Shown one piece after another: positions 9,203-17,570 of a DNA stretch of 64,000 nucleotides; the first letter of the stretch is position 1; each line of letters begins with the position of its first letter. The DNA is from Escherichia phage vB_EcoM_SP1. The notes beneath the pieces were generated by a model. It worked only from the letters and a program-made list of their open reading frames with translations, did no database searches and was not told the origin of the DNA. Location of the stretch: the sequence record MT682709.1; one strand, given 5' to 3'. The translations under genes and the position numbers were made by a program.

Positions 9203-9232
9203 TACTCTATCAAAACAAACAAGGAAACAAAA

Positions 9233-9811
9233 ATGAAAACGTATCAAGAATTTATTGCTGAAGCTTCTGTAGTAAAGGCAAAAGGCATTAATAAGGACGA
9301 GTGGAACTATCGTGGTGGAAACGGCTTTGACCCTAAAACTGCTCCACTTGAACGATATCTAGCCACAAAAGCTTCTGATTTTAAAGCCTTCGCTTGGGAA
9401 GGACTTCGCTGGCGTAACGATCTAAATATTGAAGTTGACGGACTTAAATTTGCTCATATTGAAGATGTTGTTGCTAGTAACTTAGATGCAGCTTTTGTTA
9501 AAGCCGACAGTGATCTTCGTCGCTGGAATTTAAAACTGTTCTCTAAACAAAAAGGCCCGAAGTTTGTGCCTAAAGCCGGTAAATGGGTCATTGATAATAA
9601 ATTAGCTAAGGCTGTCAACTACGCTGGTCTTGAATTCGCCAAGCACAAATCATCATGGAAAGGTCTTGATGCAATGGCTTTCCGTAAAGAATTTGCCGAT
9701 GTTATGGCTAAAGGCGGCTTTAAGGCAGAAATAGATACCTCTAAAGGTACGTTTAAGGACGCTAATGTTCAGTACGCTTATGCCGTTGCTAATGCAGCCC
9801 GTGGTAATTAA
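9233..9811 (+). CDS. ipIII: internal protein III
   Basis: MKTYQEFIAEASVVKAKGINKDEW... near-identical to recalled T4 IPIII. Confidence 0.9.
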   Translation: MKTYQEFIAEASVVKAKGINKDEWNYRGGNGFDPKTAPLERYLATKASDFKAFAWEGLRWRNDLNIEVDGLKFAHIEDVVASNLDAAFVKADSDLRRWNLKLFSKQKGPKFVPKAGKWVIDNKLAKAVNYAGLEFAKHKSSWKGLDAMAFRKEFADVMAKGGFKAEIDTSKGTFKDANVQYAYAVANAARGN

Positions 9812-9852
9812 TAAGGCCTAAGTATAGGCCTATTTACATTTAAAGGAAACAT

Positions 9853-10155
9853 ATGAAAACATATCAAGAATTTATTACTGAAGCGCGAGTGAGTGCAGGT
9901 AAATTAGAAGCCGCTATAAATAAAAAGGCCCATTCATTTCACGATTTGTCCGATAAAGACCGTAAGAAACTTGTAAGCCTTTATATTGACAAAGAGCGTA
10001 TTCTCGCTCTTCCTGGCGCTAATGAAGGTAAACAGGCCAAGCCTTTGAATGCTGTCGAAAAGAAAATTGATAACTTTGCTTCTAAATTCGGTATGTCTAT
10101 GGATGACCTTCAGCAAGCGGCTATCGAAGCAGCTAAAGTAATTAAAGGTAAATAA
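9853..10155 (+). CDS. ipII: internal protein II
   Basis: MKTYQEFITEARVSAGKLEAAINKKAHSFHDL... near-identical to recalled T4 IPII. Confidence 0.9.
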   Translation: MKTYQEFITEARVSAGKLEAAINKKAHSFHDLSDKDRKKLVSLYIDKERILALPGANEGKQAKPLNAVEKKIDNFASKFGMSMDDLQQAAIEAAKVIKGK

Positions 10156-10157
10156 CA

Positions 10158-10187
10158 GTTTACTTTCTCCTAAAATTGTGATAGTAT
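10158..10187 (+). promoter_or_regulatory. T4-type early promoter
   Basis: GTTTAC 10158-10163, TAGTAT -10. Confidence 0.5.
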
Positions 10188-10212
10188 ATTCATAATTACT
10201 TAGAGAGGTAAA

Positions 10213-10276
10213 ATGACTCGATGAAAAAATTTTAATGAAGCCACACTGGTATAAGTATTAAGGCAAAAATATTTAC
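10213..10276 (+). pseudogene. denV deletion remnant (start codon fused to diverged 3' end)
   Basis: ATGACTCG (denV codons 1-3) joined to ATGAAAAAATT...ACTGGTATAAGTATTAAGGCAAAAATATTTAC, alignable to the 3' end of intact denV at 8848-8899; reads M-T-R-stop. Confidence 0.6.
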
Positions 10277-10427
10277 ATTCAAATAACATGGGAACAACCT
10301 GGACCTCATGATTCTATGAGGGATTCCCGCCAACCTGTAATAAGGTCGAGCCCAAGTGCGGTAATGGGTAAATACAGAAATGGACAATTCATGTGCCATG
10401 GAATGGCCCAAATTTAGAGAGAATAAA

Positions 10428-10967
10428 ATGAGAACATTTTTAACTGGACCTTATCTATCCCTGATGAATGCTTTTACACACCATTCTGATGCTAGAGTAG
10501 AAGAAATTTGTAAAAACGATTATATCCCACCATTTGAAGACTTACTCAAACAGTATTGCACACTTCGACTAGATGGTGGACGTCAATCCGGTAAATCAAC
10601 TGCAGTAACTAATTTTGCCGCTAATTGGTTGTATGACGGTGGAACAGTTATTGTTCTTTCTAATACTTCAGCTTACGCTAAAATTTCTGCGGGCCACATT
10701 AAAAAAGAGTTTTCTCGTTATTCTAGCGATGATATTCGATTCCGCTTATTTACCGATTCTGTCCGTAGTTTTATCGGTAATAAAGGAAGCAAGTTCAGAG
10801 GTTTATCGCTTTCGCGGATTTTGTATATAATCGATGAGCCTGTTAAATCTCCTGATATGGATAAAATTTACGATATTCATATTGAAACTGTGCACCACTG
10901 TTGCAATAGTAAATGCTGCATTGGTGGTATTACTCGTCCACAGTTTTTCATAATCGGAATGCAATGA
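10428..10967 (+). CDS. P-loop NTPase (Walker A GGRQSGKST, Walker B ILYIIDE), 179 aa
   Basis: ATG 10428 after GAGAGAATAAA leader (track begins upstream at 10380); Walker motifs. Confidence 0.55.
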   Translation: MRTFLTGPYLSLMNAFTHHSDARVEEICKNDYIPPFEDLLKQYCTLRLDGGRQSGKSTAVTNFAANWLYDGGTVIVLSNTSAYAKISAGHIKKEFSRYSSDDIRFRLFTDSVRSFIGNKGSKFRGLSLSRILYIIDEPVKSPDMDKIYDIHIETVHHCCNSKCCIGGITRPQFFIIGMQ

Positions 10968-11293
10968 TGACAGACACGCAACTTTTCGAATATCTTTATT
11001 TTTCGCCAAAAACTATTAAAAATAAATTGGTGAATCATTTTGAAATTTTGGCAAATAACAACGCCTTGAGCGAATTTTATCCTAAGCAATACAAATTACA
11101 AAAAGGCGTATTCAAAGGATGCAGAGTTTTGTGCACTGCTCCTAATGCAAGATTAATGAATAAAATTCCATATTTTACCATGGAATTTATTGATGGGCCT
11201 TTTAAAGGACTAATCACCCAAAGTTTAATGGCATATGATTCTGAGCCATTTTTAATTAAAGAACAATCTTGGATAAATTTATTTTCTAATTGA
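10964..11293 (+). CDS. hypothetical protein (109 aa)
   Basis: ATG 10964 overlapping previous stop (ATGATGA). Confidence 0.45.
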   Translation: MMTDTQLFEYLYFSPKTIKNKLVNHFEILANNNALSEFYPKQYKLQKGVFKGCRVLCTAPNARLMNKIPYFTMEFIDGPFKGLITQSLMAYDSEPFLIKEQSWINLFSN

Positions 11294-11301
11294 GAGGTTA
11301 T

Positions 11302-11664
11302 ATGAAAGCATATCAAATTCTTGAAGGCACGCATAAAGGTACTATTTATTTTGAAGATGGTATTCAAGCACGAATTATTGTCTCTAAAACTTTTAAAGAG
11401 GACTCTTTTGTAGACCCAGAAATTTTCTATGGTTTGCATGCCCGTGAAATTGAAATTGAAACACAACCTACAGTTAAAATTGAGGGTGGTCAACACCTGA
11501 ACGTAAACGTTCTGCGTCGTGAAACTCTGGAAGATGCAGTTAAGCATCCGGAAAAATATCCGCAGCTGACCATCCGTGTATCCGGTTATGCAGTTCGCTT
11601 TAACTCTCTGACTCCGGAACAGCAGCGCGACGTTATCGCTCGTACCTTTACTGAGAGTTTGTAA
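11302..11664 (+). CDS. autonomous glycyl-radical cofactor (GrcA/YfiD-like)
   Basis: C-terminal 60 aa ([60 protein letters not shown]) identical to recalled E. coli GrcA; ATG 11302 after GAGAGG RBS. Confidence 0.85.
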   Translation: MKAYQILEGTHKGTIYFEDGIQARIIVSKTFKEDSFVDPEIFYGLHAREIEIETQPTVKIEGGQHLNVNVLRRETLEDAVKHPEKYPQLTIRVSGYAVRFNSLTPEQQRDVIARTFTESL

Positions 11665-11885
11665 TGGCAAAGATAATTATTGAAGGTTCTGAAGATGTGC
11701 TAAATGCTTTCGCCGAATGGTTTAGTAATTCAGGCGAACAGCAATTTAATGAAGCGTGGAACATGGGTGATATTAATGGAATTTATCCTACGACAGAAAT
11801 TTCTGTTCAAGGATATGGAATTCATGAGCCTATTCGTTTAGTTGAATATGATTTGGGAACAGGTGAGGAAGTAAAATATGATTGA
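11664..11885 (+). CDS. hypothetical protein (73 aa)
   Basis: ATG overlapping previous stop. Confidence 0.5.
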   Translation: MAKIIIEGSEDVLNAFAEWFSNSGEQQFNEAWNMGDINGIYPTTEISVQGYGIHEPIRLVEYDLGTGEEVKYD

Positions 11886-12144
11886 AGACATTAAAGGCTA
11901 TAAGCCACATACTGACGATAAAATCAGTAAAGTGAATGCTATCAAAGATGCTGAAGTTCGTTTAGGACTTATCTTTGATGCTTTATATGATGAATTCTGG
12001 GAAGCGCTAGATAATTGTGAAGACTGCGAATTCGCGAAGAATTATGCTGAAAGTCTCGATCAGTTAACTATTGCTAAAACGAAACTCAAAGAAGCCAGTA
12101 TGTGGGCTTGTCGTGCTGTGTTCCAACCAGAGGAAAAATATTAA
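11878..12144 (+). CDS. hypothetical acidic protein (88 aa)
   Basis: ORF overlapping neighbours in operon style. Confidence 0.5.
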   Translation: MIEDIKGYKPHTDDKISKVNAIKDAEVRLGLIFDALYDEFWEALDNCEDCEFAKNYAESLDQLTIAKTKLKEASMWACRAVFQPEEKY

Positions 12145-12422
12145 TGGCCCAATTAAGCGCAGGGTTTGGTTATGAGTATTATACTGCCCCTCGTCGTGTA
12201 TCTGTTGCTCCTAAGAAAATTCAAAGTCTTGATGATTTCCAGGAAGTAATTCGTAACGCTTTCCAGGACTATGCGCGTTATCTTAAAGAAGATTCACAGG
12301 ACTGTCTCGAAGAAGATGAAATTGCTTACTATACGCAGCGTCTTGAACAGCTTAAAAACCTACATGAGGTCCGTGCAGAAGTTTCAAAGTCTATGAATAA
12401 ATTGATTAGATTTAAAGAATAA
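12144..12422 (+). CDS. hypothetical protein (92 aa)
   Basis: ATG 12144 (TAATG overlap) after GAGGAAAAATA. Confidence 0.5.
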   Translation: MAQLSAGFGYEYYTAPRRVSVAPKKIQSLDDFQEVIRNAFQDYARYLKEDSQDCLEEDEIAYYTQRLEQLKNLHEVRAEVSKSMNKLIRFKE

Positions 12423-12424
12423 CT

Positions 12425-12454
12425 GTTTACTTTTCCTCTTGACTGTGGTATAAT
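12425..12454 (+). promoter_or_regulatory. T4-type early promoter
   Basis: GTTTAC 12425-12430, TGGTATAAT 12446-12454. Confidence 0.55.
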
Positions 12455-12481
12455 TTTTCTATCAGTTAAGAGGAGAATAAC

Positions 12482-12943
12482 ATGACTATCAACACAGAAG
12501 TTTTTATCCGTCGAAATAAGCTCCGTCGTCACTTTGAGTCGGAGTTTCGTCAAATTAACAATGAGATTCGTGAGGCATCAAAAGCAGCAGGGGTCTCATC
12601 GTTTCATCTAAAATATTCTCAACATCTTCTTGATCGTGCAATTCAACGGGAGATTGATGAGACATATGTTTTTGAATTATTCCATAAAATAAAAGACCAT
12701 GTTTTAGAAGTTAATGAATTCCTAAGTATGCCTCCGCGTCCTGACATTAATGAGGATTTTATTGATGGGGTTGAATATCGTCCTGGGCGTTTAGAAATCA
12801 CCGATGGAAATCTTTGGCTTGGATTTACAGTTTGTAAACCTAACGAGAAGTTCAAAGACCCGTCACTTCAGTGCAGGATGGCAATTATCAACAGTCGTCG
12901 TTTACCGGGAAAGGCTTCTAAAGCAGTAATTAAAACTCAATGA
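12482..12943 (+). CDS. regB: RegB endoribonuclease
   Basis: 153 aa; MTINTEVFIRRNKLRRHFESEFRQ... matches recalled T4 RegB; AGGAGAATAA RBS. Confidence 0.8.
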   Translation: MTINTEVFIRRNKLRRHFESEFRQINNEIREASKAAGVSSFHLKYSQHLLDRAIQREIDETYVFELFHKIKDHVLEVNEFLSMPPRPDINEDFIDGVEYRPGRLEITDGNLWLGFTVCKPNEKFKDPSLQCRMAIINSRRLPGKASKAVIKTQ

Positions 12944-12950
12944 GGTAAGC

Positions 12951-13496
12951 ATGAGAAAAGCACTACTCGCTGGTCTATTGGCCATTTCAATGATGGCACA
13001 TAGCTCCGAGCATACTTTCAGTAATGTCCAACTCGATAACATGCGTTACGCGTATCAATTCGGGGAACAATTTTCTAAGGATGGAAAATATAAAACACAC
13101 AAAAATATCCACAAGAGCGGATTAGGTCATATAATGGCTGCTATTTTATGGCAAGAAAGCTCTGCCGGAGTTAATTTAAAATCTAAACCAAAGCATCATG
13201 CCTATGGAATGTTCCAAAATTATTTGCCGACAATGCGAGCAAGAGTTAAGGAACTTGGTTATAATATGACCGATGCTGAAATAAAAAGAATGTTGAATAA
13301 ACGGTCCAATTCAGCTTCCTGGGCGTACATTGAACTTTCTTATTGGTTAAATATACATAAGGGTGATATAAGAAAGGCAATATCCTCTTATAATTCGGGA
13401 TGGAATGTTAAAGCAGGTTCTAAATATGCTTCTGAAGTCCTAGAAAAGGCTAACTACCTTAAAAGTAATAAACTACTGGAAATAGTAAATGACTAA
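12951..13496 (+). CDS. secreted SLT-domain lytic transglycosylase-like protein
   Basis: Signal peptide MRKALLAGLLAISMMAHS; motifs WQESS, GMFQ, SYNSGW resemble SLT family 1. Confidence 0.5.
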   Translation: MRKALLAGLLAISMMAHSSEHTFSNVQLDNMRYAYQFGEQFSKDGKYKTHKNIHKSGLGHIMAAILWQESSAGVNLKSKPKHHAYGMFQNYLPTMRARVKELGYNMTDAEIKRMLNKRSNSASWAYIELSYWLNIHKGDIRKAISSYNSGWNVKAGSKYASEVLEKANYLKSNKLLEIVND

Positions 13497-13830
13497 AATT
13501 TTGGTTTTATGTATAGGATTAATTTCATTTTCTGCGTTAGCAAATACATCATATACTGAAATTAGAGAGTATGTAAACCGTACTGCCGCGGATTATTGCG
13601 GGAAAAATAAAGCATGCCAAGCTGAATTTGCGCAGAAATTAATATATGCATATAAAGACGGAGAAAGAGATAAATCAAGCAGATACAAAAATGATACTTT
13701 ATTAAAACGATATGCTAAAAAGTGGAATACCTTAGAATGTTCAGTTGCGGAGGAGAAAGATAAAGCCGCTTGTCATTCAATGGTTGACCGTTTGGTAGAT
13801 TCTTATAATCGAGGATTGAGTACTAGATGA
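13489..13830 (+). CDS. secreted Cys-containing protein (113 aa)
   Basis: Signal peptide MTKILVLCIGLISFSALA; four Cys. Confidence 0.5.
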   Translation: MTKILVLCIGLISFSALANTSYTEIREYVNRTAADYCGKNKACQAEFAQKLIYAYKDGERDKSSRYKNDTLLKRYAKKWNTLECSVAEEKDKAACHSMVDRLVDSYNRGLSTR

Positions 13831-14306
13831 TTGTAAAATATATCAAGGGCGATATTGTCGCCCTATTTCTTCAAGGTAATATTATTGCGCATGGGTGCAA
13901 CTGCTTTCATACTATGGGTTCAGGTGTAGCAGGTCAATTAGCAAGGGCCTATCCTAAAATTTTAGAAATAGATAAAACCACTACTGAGTACGGTTCTCGT
14001 GATAAATTAGGTGATATGTCTATTGTTTTTAAACATAATCCTACAGGATTTGGTATATGCTATAACCTGTATACACAATACGAACCAGGTCCTAATCTTG
14101 ATTATGGTGCTTTAGTAAACTGCATGATAGAATTAAATCTACAGGCAGAAACCCTTTTGTTTAAACCAGTAATTTACATTCCACGCATAGGTTGTGGTAT
14201 TGCTGGCGGTGATTGGGATAAGGTTTCTAAATTAATCGACATGTTTACTCCTGATATTGATTTAATAGTGGTGGATTATGAAAGCACATTACCCGCATCC
14301 GTTTGA
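13827..14306 (+). CDS. macro-domain protein (ADP-ribose binding/processing), 159 aa
   Basis: GDIV...GNIIAHGCNCFHTMGSGVAGQL and IPRIGCGIAGGDW match the two macro-domain signature regions. Confidence 0.55.
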   Translation: MIVKYIKGDIVALFLQGNIIAHGCNCFHTMGSGVAGQLARAYPKILEIDKTTTEYGSRDKLGDMSIVFKHNPTGFGICYNLYTQYEPGPNLDYGALVNCMIELNLQAETLLFKPVIYIPRIGCGIAGGDWDKVSKLIDMFTPDIDLIVVDYESTLPASV

Positions 14307-14490
14307 TCCTAAAAACAAAGTGGAAATTATTCGTCAATGGGAACGCATTTGCCGTACTAAATGCCCAATTAATAGTCCACATGATGTAGATAAAGACTAT
14401 ATTGGAACATTCGTTGAATATACCTTTATTGATAAGAAAGGTCGTAAACAGCATGTAGAAGAATATTGCTTAAAGGTTACATGGTTATGA
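14278..14490 (+). CDS. hypothetical protein (70 aa)
   Basis: ORF overlapping previous gene end. Confidence 0.45.
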   Translation: MKAHYPHPFDPKNKVEIIRQWERICRTKCPINSPHDVDKDYIGTFVEYTFIDKKGRKQHVEEYCLKVTWL

Positions 14491-14693
14491 GCCAAATTAG
14501 CATTCTTAAAAATGCACATTGTGAAAAGTGTAAATGGCCAGTTGTTTTTGCTTTATGCAATGATGAAATGGCTTGTGATTTCGATTATTGGTGCTATTGC
14601 TCTAATAAAGGATGCATCAATCATAAAGGCGAAGGATTTTATTCAGGATTTTATCCTTATCCTGATTTCGTTAAAGAAGGTAAACCAAAATGA
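14481..14693 (+). CDS. Cys-rich small protein (putative zinc-binding)
   Basis: CEKC...CNDEMACDFDYWCYCSNKGCINH; ATG 14481 or 14487. Confidence 0.45.
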   Translation: MVMSQISILKNAHCEKCKWPVVFALCNDEMACDFDYWCYCSNKGCINHKGEGFYSGFYPYPDFVKEGKPK

Positions 14694-14863
14694 ATAGTTC
14701 TGAGTTACAATATGAAGTGTTACGTGAACTTGATAATTTAATTGAACTCGCTGTTAATAAAGGTTTTGCCATTGGAATTGGTCAAAAAGATACTGATCAT
14801 TTAACTATGGAAATATTTAAGCAAAAACGAATTATTTTAAAACTTCTGGAAATTAATATATGA
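14690..14863 (+). CDS. hypothetical small protein (57 aa)
   Basis: ATG 14690 overlapping previous stop (ATGA), ends ATGA-coupled to the next gene; below the ORF-track size cutoff. Confidence 0.45.
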   Translation: MNSSELQYEVLRELDNLIELAVNKGFAIGIGQKDTDHLTMEIFKQKRIILKLLEINI

Positions 14864-15045
14864 GTCTGAGCAAAGAACAAAAAGATAAATTGTTTGAGCT
14901 TATCCATGAACTTCTAGATGAGCATACAGAAGCAAACACCTTTTATGATGAATACGGCCCGCTATCTCCCGAACAGCAGGAAGAATTTGCTGATCGGTTT
15001 GATAAGAAAGAAAATGAATTAATAGCTTATGTGAATACGCTTTAA
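14860..15045 (+). CDS. hypothetical acidic protein (61 aa)
   Basis: ATG 14860, translationally coupled. Confidence 0.5.
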   Translation: MSLSKEQKDKLFELIHELLDEHTEANTFYDEYGPLSPEQQEEFADRFDKKENELIAYVNTL

Positions 15046-15054
15046 GAAGGTGAT

Positions 15055-15636
15055 ATGGCGAGTTTAATTTTTACTTATGCAGCAATGAATGCTGGAAAAT
15101 CTGCTTCTCTTTTGACTGCTGCGCATAATTATAAAGAACGTGGAATGAGTGTATTAGTTCTTAAGCCTGCTATTGATACTCGCGATTCTGTCTGTGAAGT
15201 CGTTTCTCGCATTGGAATTAAGCAGGAAGCGAATATTATTACGGATGATATGGATATTTTTGAGTTCTATAAATGGGCTGAAGCACAAAAAGATATTCAT
15301 TGCGTATTTGTAGATGAAGCTCAGTTTTTAAAAACTGAACAGGTACATCAATTAAGCCGAATTGTCGATACATATAATGTTCCTGTTATGGCTTATGGTC
15401 TAAGGACTGATTTCGCTGGAAAATTATTTGAAGGTTCTAAAGAACTTTTGGCGATTGCAGATAAACTTATTGAACTAAAGGCAGTTTGTCATTGCGGTAA
15501 AAAAGCGATTATGACAGCTCGATTAATGGAAGATGGAACGCCAGTTAAAGAAGGTAATCAAATCTGTATTGGTGATGAAATTTATGTTTCTTTGTGTAGA
15601 AAACATTGGAATGAATTAACTAAAAAGCTCGGTTAG
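15055..15636 (+). CDS. tk: thymidine kinase
   Basis: 193 aa; P-loop MNAGKSASLL and conserved TK core; matches T4 map position. Confidence 0.9.
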   Translation: MASLIFTYAAMNAGKSASLLTAAHNYKERGMSVLVLKPAIDTRDSVCEVVSRIGIKQEANIITDDMDIFEFYKWAEAQKDIHCVFVDEAQFLKTEQVHQLSRIVDTYNVPVMAYGLRTDFAGKLFEGSKELLAIADKLIELKAVCHCGKKAIMTARLMEDGTPVKEGNQICIGDEIYVSLCRKHWNELTKKLG

Positions 15637-15678
15637 CGCAAAAGTTATAAATAGGTTTATCTAACTAAAGGGGTATAT

Positions 15679-15891
15679 ATGCTACAATTAACTGAAAAGC
15701 AACTTCGCAATCTTACTGTTCTTCAATTAGATGAAATTCGTAGGGAAGTTGGAAATATCATTTCAGCTTTGCGTCGAGAAGTATCACTCAACCAATCTCC
15801 GGCAGACTATACTAGATTGCGAAATTTTGAAAAATACCTTGATAAAGTTAAGGCCGTGCATCGGCATAAAGTAAATACAGGACAAAAATGA
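15679..15891 (+). CDS. hypothetical protein (70 aa)
   Basis: ATG with AGGGGTATAT leader. Confidence 0.5.
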
Positions 15892-15903
15892 TAGGAGGCC
15901 TTT

Positions 15904-16197
15904 ATGGCCTTAAAAGCAACGGCATTATTTGCCATGCTAGGATTAGCGTTTGCTTTATCTCCACCAATTGAAGCGAATGTCGATCCTCATTTTGATAAAT
16001 TTATGGAATCTGGTATTAGACATGTTTATATGCTTTTTGAAAATAAAAGCGTAGAATCATCTGAACAGTTCTATAGTTTTATGCGAACGACCTATAAAAA
16101 TGACCCGTGCTCTTCCGATTTTGAATGTATAGAACGAGGCGCGGAGATGGCACAATCATACGCTAGAATTATGAACATTAAATTGGAGACTGAATGA
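15904..16197 (+). CDS. rI: lysis-inhibition regulator RI
   Basis: 97 aa; MALKATALFAMLGLAFALSPPIEANVDPHFDKFMESGIRH... matches recalled T4 RI. Confidence 0.85.
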   Translation: MALKATALFAMLGLAFALSPPIEANVDPHFDKFMESGIRHVYMLFENKSVESSEQFYSFMRTTYKNDPCSSDFECIERGAEMAQSYARIMNIKLETE

Positions 16198-16580
16198 AAT
16201 TCAGCGACTTTTCACAAAGTGGAAAACCTTCAAAGGCAGATGAATACTTAGGTTTATTAATGGCTGCACAAGCTTATTTTCATTCTGCGCATTTTGAAAC
16301 TAAAAGTTATGCTAGACACAAGGCATACGATTTTATTTTCTCTGAGTTGCCAGATTTGATTGATAAATTTGGTGAGCAGTATTTGGGGTATTCTGGTAGA
16401 AAATACACACCTTCAATTCCAGATGCTAGTAAACTTCCTACCGACACAATTAAAATGATTGATCGTATACTAGACCAATCTAACAGCATTTACAAAGAAA
16501 TGCCTCCAGCCATTCAAAGTACGATAGATGATATTACTGGAATGTTTTATCAAAGTAAATATCTTCTTTCCCTCGAATAA
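16194..16580 (+). CDS. hypothetical protein (128 aa)
   Basis: ATG overlapping rI stop (ATGA). Confidence 0.55.
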   Translation: MKFSDFSQSGKPSKADEYLGLLMAAQAYFHSAHFETKSYARHKAYDFIFSELPDLIDKFGEQYLGYSGRKYTPSIPDASKLPTDTIKMIDRILDQSNSIYKEMPPAIQSTIDDITGMFYQSKYLLSLE

Positions 16581-16584
16581 CATT

Positions 16585-16607
16585 AGTCTCCTTCGGGAGA
16601 CTTTTTT
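16585..16607 (+). terminator. rho-independent terminator (UUCG hairpin)
   Basis: AGTCTCC-TTCG-GGAGACT followed by TTTTT. Confidence 0.7.
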
Positions 16608-16617
16608 CATTTTACCG

Positions 16618-16647
16618 GTTTACTTTCTATTTGAGCTGTGATACTAT
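16618..16647 (+). promoter_or_regulatory. T4-type early promoter
   Basis: GTTTAC 16618-16623, TACTAT 16642-16647. Confidence 0.55.
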
Positions 16648-16675
16648 ACAACCATCGGATAAAGAGGAGAACATC

Positions 16676-16864
16676 ATGAAAATTGAAGCACTTAATCAAG
16701 AAGGAAATATATACGTCATCATTAATGGTGATTTTTTCGTCGACATGGATGAAGTTACCAGTGAAGAACTTGAAGAACTTCTTAAGAAACGTTATGATAT
16801 GTGTGATGAAGCTGCAACTCATATGGCGTGTGCAATATTCTCTCTTTCATATGTGGTGGAATAA
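16676..16864 (+). CDS. hypothetical acidic protein (62 aa)
   Basis: ATG 16676 after AAAGAGGAGAA RBS (track ORF begins upstream). Confidence 0.5.
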   Translation: MKIEALNQEGNIYVIINGDFFVDMDEVTSEELEELLKKRYDMCDEAATHMACAIFSLSYVVE

Positions 16865-17046
16865 TGATTAGTATCAAACAAGCAGATAAAATTAAAGAAT
16901 TGGTAGCTTTAATTCGCAAAGCAGATGAGGAACGCATTAACTTTGCCTTATCAGGTATTGAAGAATTTGAAGCTAAAGTTGATAATGCTGTAGAAGCGTT
17001 AGATATGTTTCTTGATGAAATTATCGATCATAATACGAGAGTTTAA
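16864..17046 (+). CDS. hypothetical protein (60 aa)
   Basis: ATG 16864 overlapping previous stop. Confidence 0.45.
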   Translation: MISIKQADKIKELVALIRKADEERINFALSGIEEFEAKVDNAVEALDMFLDEIIDHNTRV

Positions 17047-17048
17047 TT

Positions 17049-17243
17049 ATGCTAACACGTGAACAGTTTGAAAAAATCATTAAATTAGCACGTGATATTG
17101 AAATAGATTCATACCAATTAGCAGTTGAGCATTGTGAAGGATATTCATACGACGGTATAGAAGCAGCTAAAAAGGATTTGGATAAATCCAAAGCTAAGTT
17201 AGTTCAATATCTTGAAATGATTAGGTGGAATAATGAAAACTGA
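17049..17243 (+). CDS. hypothetical protein (64 aa)
   Basis: ORF adjacent to previous stop. Confidence 0.5.
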   Translation: MLTREQFEKIIKLARDIEIDSYQLAVEHCEGYSYDGIEAAKKDLDKSKAKLVQYLEMIRWNNEN

Positions 17244-17406
17244 AAAGCAGATATTTTTAATGAAGCTAATTGAAGAATATGCTAATGCAGTTTCTGACTA
17301 TGAGTGTTCTTCTCGGGAAAGAGGTATAGCTTTCGCCAAAGAAGAAATGAAAATCATGGTTGATGCTCACACAAAGCTTCAGAATTTTATTGAAAACGTC
17401 ATTTAA
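17233..17406 (+). CDS. hypothetical small protein (57 aa)
   Basis: ATG 17233 overlapping previous gene end; below ORF-track cutoff. Confidence 0.4.
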   Translation: MKTEKQIFLMKLIEEYANAVSDYECSSRERGIAFAKEEMKIMVDAHTKLQNFIENVI

Positions 17407-17408
17407 TG

Positions 17409-17450
17409 GTTTACAAGTTGGCAAGGTTATGGTATAGTAATCTTGCCAAC
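17409..17450 (+). promoter_or_regulatory. early promoter embedded in an inverted repeat (PeSL-like)
   Basis: GTTTAC 17409-17414; arms GTTGGCAAG (17417-17425) and CTTGCCAAC (17442-17450) flank a 16-nt spacer containing TATAGT. Confidence 0.55.
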
Positions 17451-17570
17451 TGTCAAGGAGAAGAGAATGAAAGTTTTGTTTGTTGTGTATGTGATGATTC
17501 AATATAATTACCCAATGTTTACTTATAATCTGGTGAATAACATTATTGATATTATTCAAAGGAGTATGTA

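Noticed and set aside
11077-11670. Long reverse-strand ORF (197 aa)
   Set aside because: Antisense to the GrcA-like gene and its upstream neighbour, both of which have strong coding signals; no RBS.
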